56,763 bases of DNA. Source: Sminthopsis crassicaudata (lineage: Eukaryota). A program made the translations under genes and the position numbers. A model generated the notes under the pieces. That model did no database searches. It saw nothing but the letters and a program-made list of their open reading frames with translations, and was not told the origin of the DNA. The stretch covers positions 1,798,001 to 1,854,763 of the forward strand of contig NC_133618.1 of the NCBI RefSeq assembly GCF_048593235.1, in the 5' to 3' direction. This document shows positions 50,000 to 56,763 of the stretch, piece by piece. The first letter of the stretch is position 1. Every line of letters starts with the position of its first letter.

Positions 50000-52170
50000 T
50001 TTTCTAAAACCACTTTTAGAAGCATCATTTGTATTAATTAAGTTAACTAATTTAAAAGTTTTAATAAACTTCCCAAGAAAATTAGATGCAAAACAAGGAT
50101 ATCCAATGATTTTAATATTATTCAATATTACATTGAAAATCTATACAATAGTAATAAGAGAAGAAAAAGAAATTAAAGGAATCACAATAGGGAATGTGAT
50201 GATAAAACTATTTTTTTGGCAGATAATATGATGACACACTTGGAAAATCCCAAAGACTCAACCAAAAAGTTAGTTGAAACAGTATTTTAATGAAGTAGCA
50301 AGGATATAAAATAAATTCACATAACCATAAGCATTCCTATGTAGAACAAAAGAAACTCTGCAAGAATGTATGGTAAAAAAAAAATACTCCATTTAATATA
50401 AACTCTAGACAGTATTAAATACCTTAGAGATAGCCTAAAATAATGAACCCATGAAGTATACAAAAATTATATAAAAACATACAAATACAAATAAAATCAG
50501 ATTTAAATAATTGATGTAATATTAATTGTTCATGGGTAGGGAGGGCCAACATAATAAAAAAGACAATTTTACCAAATTAATTCAGAAAATTAATATTATT
50601 ATCCTGATAAAACTACCCCCAAAATACCTCACTGAATTAGAAAAAATAACAAAAAAATTAAGAATATCAAAGGAAGTAATGGGGGAAAAGTGTAAAGGAA
50701 GGAGGTTTAACAGTATCAGATCTCAAATTATATCAAGAGGCAGTAATTATCAAAACTCTGATATTGGTAAATAAATGGAAAAGTAGATCAATAGAATAGA
50801 GCAGACATACAAATTATAGCAACAAATAAATATAATAACTTTGTATTTCACAAGGATAAATATTTTGGGATAAGAATTTATTATTTGGTAATAATTCTTG
50901 GGAAATCTAGAAAGCAGTATGATAAAAAAAAAAAAAACTAGGCATGGACGAATATTTCACACCATTTACCAAGAGAGGTAAAAATGGACATTAATTATCT
51001 AGGTATAAAGAGAAAAATTATGACAAAATTAGAAGAAATCCCTGACAGATGCTTATCAGGCTTATAAATAGATGAACAATTATGGATAAAGAAATGATAG
51101 AGGGCCAGGTAGGTGGCACAGAGATAGAGTTCAAATCTGGTCTCAGACACTTAACACTTCCTAACTGTGTGACCTTGGGCAAGTCCAATTTCCTCAGCAA
51201 AAAAGAAAGAAAGAAAGAATTGATAGAGAATAGTTAGTTGTAAAATTGATAATGCCAATTACATTAAATTTTTAAAAAGGTTTTGTACAAATAAAACATA
51301 CAGCCAAGATCATAAGGAAAGAAGAAAAGTGGAGGAAATTTTTTGTGGATAGTTTATTAAATAAAGATCTCATGTCTAAGATTTATAAAGAACTTTGTTG
51401 GATCTATAAGAAAATGAGTCGTTATCAAATTAATAAATGATCAAAGTATATGGACAGGAAGTTTTTTAATGAAAAAATCAAAACAACTTATAGCCATATA
51501 AAAATGCTCTAAGTCATTATTGATTAGAGAAATGCAATTAAAACAACCTTGAGATATCATTTTATATATACCAGACTGGCTAAAATAATAAAAAAGGAAA
51601 TTTAAAAATGTTAGACAGAATATGGAAAAGTTGGGACAGCAACTCATTGTTGGTGGAAGTGTGAACTGATCCAACCATTTGGGAGAGCAGTCTGGAATTA
51701 CGTCCTAAAAGTTATTAAAATACCTATAGAATTTGACCCAATTTGACCATTACTTGGTCTGTTTCCAAAATGATTAAGGAAAAAGAAAAGGAACCTATAT
51801 GTTCTAAAATGTTTATAGCAGCTCTCTTTATTGGGGCAAAGCACTGGATATTGCGGGATATTGCATCCATTGAGTAATGGCTGAACAAGTTATGGTAAAT
51901 AAGATTGTGATGGAGTACTCCTGTGCTATAAATAGAAGCATGTATAGAATAATTTTACATATGTGTGGGTATACATACACCTACTTGCATGTAATAGGTG
52001 GTATAGGGCAGGGAAGAAAAAAAGAAATTTACATAATTTTCTCTTATATTTGAAAGGAATAACCAGCTGTACACAGTAGATTTGCAGTTTCATGTGCAAT
52101 CATCTTTTTTGTACTATGTTATGGAAATACTTGTTTTATTCCATAAATTTTTTAAAAATTAAAAAAAGCT
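50000..52170 (+). mobile_element. Old L1 ORF2 (RT to C-terminus) plus 3'UTR
   Basis: tttttggcagataatatgatgacacacttggaaaatcc (FADDM-region remnant); later ORF2 motifs and terminus. Confidence 0.85.
51103..51213 (+). mobile_element. Internally deleted WSINE1-like SINE
   Basis: Head ggccaggtaggtggcacag, (GAAA)n tail, 15-bp TSD with 1 mismatch (51088-51102 / 51214-51228). Confidence 0.85.
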
Positions 52171-52364
52171 ATCTGTCAGAGACAGCATCAGTACGTCTTG
52201 AAGAAGAAGGCTGCGGGGGAGGGCTGCGTGCCCCTGGTTTGTGGAAAACCTGGTGCCTGAGGTGCTGTCCACTTCCTTGGTTCTGAGAAAATTACATGGA
52301 AGCTGAAGACCTTTGGCTTTTAATGGGGGCATCAGGTCCACAGCTGAGTAGCAACTACCTTTAC

Positions 52365-52552
52365 CACGGACCTAGTTGAGAGCCATCCCATCTTGGCAGA
52401 CTTCCAAGGAAGGGGAGCGCACCACCTCCTGCTGCAGCCAGAAGTAGCCCATTGGGTTTGTCCAAACGTCCTCCTGAGGTCAAGCCTAAATTAGCCTCTT
52501 GGCCCGGCAGGGCGTCCCTCTCAGAGGTACCCTCCGCAGAGGAGAACATTTC
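52365..52552 (-). CDS. Candidate exon adjacent to the CpG island (EMFSSAEGTSERDALPGQEANL...)
   Basis: Long polypyrimidine acceptor ctttcttttccccattcccccacttcatgttccctgtag; TG|GTAAAG donor; only one frame open throughout; ATG at 52549; no homolog recognised. Confidence 0.3.
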
Positions 52553-52929
52553 CTACAGGGAACATGAAGTGGGGGAATGGGGAAAAGAAAGAGTGGGGGG
52601 ATGTCCACGGTCCTAATGAGTTGACAGAGGATTTCCATCAAGTCCACTACCATTCAGCATTTATGAAGTACCCACTAGGTACCAGACCTTGTCCTAGGCG
52701 TGAAGGCGCCAACAGGTACATATCCCTGCCCAGCCTCTCCACGGGTCAAAGAATCAGACTCCCTGGCAAACCAGGCCTAGAAATCCCCAAAGTAAAGTAC
52801 CCAACTTCCAATCGCCACCAGGTCCTGCCATCTTGCTTCCCCTTCCCGTTCATTCCCCTTCCCCATTCCCAGATAATAGAATTCCACGACTGGGACGAGA
52901 GAGAACTCGCTTCACCCAAGGCCCAGAGT

Positions 52930-53700
52930 TCATCTATTTTGCTTTTGGCTTAGCATTTTCAGATAGACACGCTTTCCCGGTGATTGGATGAAAAGGCGTA
53001 TTTAGAGTTTGCACACCGTGGGGGCTCAACTGGGCTGGCCCAGAGTGGCTGTGTGCGTGCACTTGCACACCCGTGGGGGCCCATCCGGGCCTGCGTGGCG
53101 AGCTGCCCCGCCGCCTCCCCGCAGCTCCCCGCACTGGGTGACTCCTGTGCATCAGTAATGGAGCAGCGTCAGTCTGCGCGGCTCCTCGCTGTACACACTA
53201 ATGATATGCATGATTGGCTGTTGCTATAAAAATGCACCATAAATTTTTTAAAGATAATTCAATGACTGAGAATGAATCAATAGGAGCCGCAGCCCGCGCC
53301 CCAAACACTTGTGCGCCGGCTCTCTCTCGGAGTCGTCAGACACTGGGCTCAGGGAGAGCAGCCCCGCTGTTCATCACAGTTACCAGCTGTCTCCCAGCTG
53401 GATCAGATGGACATGCATTGCATAGGCGCCTACTGTATGCCTGGTCCTGGCCCCACCAAGACAAAGAGAAGTGCGGCTTCTTCTCACGTCTGCCTTGCAA
53501 ACCCACACTTCTCCCCATTAAGCGTTGCATTTTGGGGTGACCCGGTTCTTTCTGTCAGAATGGAACCGCTGCCTGGGGCCTCACTCCAGGTGTCAGAGAG
53601 CCGCCCAATAGGACTCTGAAATGCCTCTGGAGCACGTGACCAGGCGCTGTGGCAGTGGCGCCCATACACCCAGAGTCCCCTGCTCCCCCCCCCCACTGTC
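52930..53700. promoter_or_regulatory. CpG island; promoter or enhancer
   Basis: Highest GC and CpG density in the window; TGATTGG at 52981 and 53211, TATAAAA at 53225, CCGCCC+CCAAT at 53601, CACGTGAC at 53633. Confidence 0.7.
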
Positions 53701-53904
53701 CCTGGCAGCTGGTGCGGCTTCCATGTACAGAGCTGTAGAGGGAAATGCTAGCTAGGAAGGCCTAGCTGGGAGAGAGGGAGGATGAAGGAGTGTGGACCCA
53801 CCTCTGGCCAAGGACAGGGGATAGAAGGATTCCCAGGGAGGGAGAGTCCTCTACTTCCCTGAACTCATTGGTTCATGGAATTACAGACTCTCCAGACTAT
53901 TATT

Positions 53905-53915
53905 ATTATTATTGC

Positions 53916-53974
<59 letters not shown>

Positions 53975-54049
53975 TTGGCTGAGGCAATTGGAGTTAAGTG
54001 ACATGCCCAGGGTCACACAGCTAGGAAATGTTAAGTGTCTGAGACCTAG
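53905..54049 (-). mobile_element. 5'-truncated WSINE1-like SINE with long (AAT)n tail
   Basis: (TAT)n at 53898-53972; CORE segment; 12-bp TSD cagactattatt (53893-53904 / 54050-54061). Confidence 0.9.
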
Positions 54050-54135
54050 CAGACTATTATTGTCACCAAGCTTGACCTCATGGATGGAGCAGAGACCCTG
54101 CCCATGTCCACTGAGAGGTTCTTCTCTTCTCTTCT

Positions 54136-55544
54136 TTTTTTTTAAAATTAATTTTATAATTATAACATTTTTTTGACAGTACATATGCATAGGTAATTTT
54201 TTTTTACAACATTATCCCTTGCACTCACTTCTTTTCCGAATTTTTCCCCTCCTTCCCTCCACCCCCTCCCCTAGATGGCAGGCATTCCCATACATGTTAA
54301 ATATCTTATAGTATATGCTAAGTACAATATATATATGTGCAGAACCGAATTTTGTTGTTCTTGTTGTTGCAAAGGAAGAATTGTATTCAGAAGGTAAAAA
54401 TAATCTGGGAAGAAAAACAAAAAAAACAATGCTCATAGTTTACACTCATTTCCCAGTGTTCCTTTTCTGGGTGTAGCTGATTCTGTCCATCACTGATCCA
54501 TTGGAATTGGATTAGCTCTTCTCTATGTTGAAGATATCCACTTCCATCAGCATACATCCTCGTACAGTATCATTGTTGAAGTGTATAATGATCTCCTAGT
54601 TCTGCTCGTTCCATGCAGCATCAGTTGATGTAAGTCTCTCCAAGCCTCTCTGTATTCATCTTGCTGGTCATTTCTTACAGAACAATAATATTCCCATAAC
54701 CTTCATATACCACAATTTACCCAGCCATTCTCCAAGTGATGGACATCCGTTCATCTTCCAGCTTCTAGCCACTACAAAAGGCTGCCACAAACATTTTGGT
54801 GTTTCCCTTTTTTAGTATTTCCTTGGGATATAAGCCCAGTAGTAGCACTGCTGGGTCAAAGGGTATGCACAGTTTGATAACTTTTTGGGCATAGTTCCAG
54901 ATTGCTCTCCAGAATGGCTGGATTCTTTCACAGCTCCACCAACAATGCATCAGTGTCCCAGTTTTCCCACAGCCCCTCCAACATTCATCGTTATTTGTTT
55001 CTGTCATCTTAGCCAATCTGACAGGTGTGTAATGATACCTTAGAGTTGTCTTAATTTGCATTTCTCTGATCAGTAGTGATCTGGAACACTCTTTCATATG
55101 AGTGGAAATGGTTTTAATGTCATCATCTGAAAATTGTCCTCTTCATATTCTTTGACCATTTTTCAATTGGAGAATGGCTTGATTTCTTATAAATTAAAGT
55201 AAATTCTCTGTATATTTTGGAGATGAGGCCTTTATCAGAACCTTTAACTATAAAAATGTTTTCCCAATTTGTTACTTCCCTTCTAATCTTGTTTGCATTA
55301 GTTTTGTTTTGTGCAGAAACTTTTTAATTTGATGTAATCAAAATTTTCTATTTTGTGATCAATAATGATCTCTAGTTCTCCTCTGGTCATAAATTCCTTC
55401 CTCCTCCACAGGTCTGAGAGGTAGACTATTCTCTGTTCCTCTAATTTATTTATGATTTCATTCTTTATGCCTAAATCTTGAGCCCATTTTGATCTTATCT
55501 TAATATGTGGTGTTTAAATGTGGGTCCATGACTAGTTTCTGCCA
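54136..55544 (-). mobile_element. Young 5'-truncated L1, antisense; distinct 3'UTR subfamily
   Basis: ORF2 peptides MKECSRSLLIREMQIKTT; perfect 16-bp TSD tcttctcttctcttct (54120-54135 / 55545-55560). Confidence 0.97.
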
Positions 55545-55974
55545 TCTTCTCTTCTCTTCTTGATCCCAGGTAGTTCCTGAACATTCCATCATTGGGCAGC
55601 AGGAATGACTGGCCAGACCTTCCTTATGTCAAACTCAGTCTATGCCCATGAACTATCTACTTCTCACTTTCGTTCTGGCCTCAAGCTGAGCGGGACATGA
55701 TGAGCGGCTCCCCCACATGGCTGTCCTTCTGAGCCCAGGGTCAGGTCCTCCCTCAGGTGGCTTCTTTCCAATTGCTTTGTCTCAGGCCCTGGGTCCTCTT
55801 CAGATGCCACTGTATCCAGAACTGGACTTAAGCGCCTTGGGGCACTGACCCTTCCAGCCAGGGCATTGTGGTCTCCATCTGTGTCTCTTTTCCTTTCCAT
55901 ATGACACTGATGACCGAATTCATGGGTTCCAACCAATGGTAATTTGGGAAACTCCATCTCAGAGTCTAGGCTTG

Positions 55975-56135
55975 GATAACAATCATAAAATTAGAACTTA
56001 AAAGCATCTGAGAGACCATCTAGAATTAATTCCCTCATGTCACAGATGAGGAAACTGAGACCCTGGGAGGGGCATGTCCCAGGGGGTGCAGTGAAGACAT
56101 GGCAGATGTGAGACTGAAATTCAGGTCCTTATTCT
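55975..56135 (-). mobile_element. MIR-type SINE, antisense
   Basis: gaccatctag...cacagatgaggaaactgagacc. Confidence 0.8.
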
Positions 56136-56763
56136 TTACATGGAACCCCAAAATGTGAGGGTCAAAGGGCCTTGTTGGCCTCTTGGCCAATCCCTTCTCA
56201 GAAGGAATTTCCAATATAGGAAACCTGCCAAATGGTTGGAGCTGTTCTTTGCTGCCTCCTTGGAAAACTTCCGGGGGCCCAGAATTCCCTTGGGAAGATG
56301 ATTCCTTCTTCCAGGCTGCAGGGAAGGAAGAACACTCAAGCCTTGGGCTGGAGCAGAGAATCACAGAATTCTCTCCTCCAGTTGTGGGCAGTTTTGTTCC
56401 TCTGTCTCCATGCTGCGAGGCTCCAGAACTGCCCCTAGTCATTGCCCCACTCGAGCTGGGATCTGTTAGCCACAGAAATGAAACTCAGTGGTCACAGAGG
56501 AGAGCCTTCTTTATCCTAGAGCTGAGAGGGGGCATCTGGGGCTGGGGGGGGTGACAGGGATCCATGTTTTAAAGAAACCAATTTGGTAACTGAATGGAGG
56601 ATAGAGTGAAGTGAAGTGAGACTTCAGGGAAGAGGGCCAACTGAGAAATGATTGCTGTGGCCCAAGTGAAAGGTGATGAGGCTGGGGAAAGGATGGACAT
56701 GAGACAGGGGGTAGTCATAAAGATGGCCAGATCATCCTGAGGGTCAGGAGCTAAAGCGCCCAT

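Noticed and set aside
52361-52375. REST/RE1 site (accacggac), and the half-site ggcgctgt near 53643
   Set aside because: Only partial matches to the 21-bp consensus
53790-54190. Poly-Leu and poly-Asn ORFs
   Set aside because: Translations of the (TAT)n SINE tail
1-56763. CRISPR arrays, rRNA, tRNA or snRNA genes, LTR retrovirus, endogenous RNA-virus genes
   Set aside because: No repeat-spacer array, structural RNA signature, LTR/PBS/gag-pol or recognisable viral peptide was seen; very old fossils could be missed without a database search

Overview
Repeat-rich, CpG-depleted mammalian genomic DNA from a draft assembly with three N gaps. The repeat set (MAR1-type and short WSINE1-type CORE-SINEs, an RTE fragment, marsupial-type L1 3'UTRs, abundant L2/MIR, L3/CR1) points to a marsupial, plausibly a dasyurid. 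That assignment and all repeat family names are my recollection of consensus motifs, not database matches. About half the window is retroposon-derived. The 18.5-52 kb stretch is a stack of nested L1s of at least three ages, several with readable target-site duplications (TSDs). Every long, recognisable ORF is L1 ORF2 debris, and I could not recognise any host protein-coding gene. The non-repeat sequence holds a CpG island at about 52.9-53.7 kb with dense promoter/enhancer motifs, two smaller motif clusters (triple PBX-HOX at 12.2 kb; TCF/PBX/E-box at 33.6 kb), several CpG-retaining patches in the first 9 kb, and splice-flanked candidate exons on both strands that I cannot tell from chance. The most solid unusual observations are structural: a 115-bp local templated insertion inside an L1, and a 108-bp near-perfect doublet with an unrelated spacer. 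I found no convincing novel biological system. The best lead is a possible unannotated spliced gene associated with the CpG island. Boundaries of old repeats are approximate (tens of bp).
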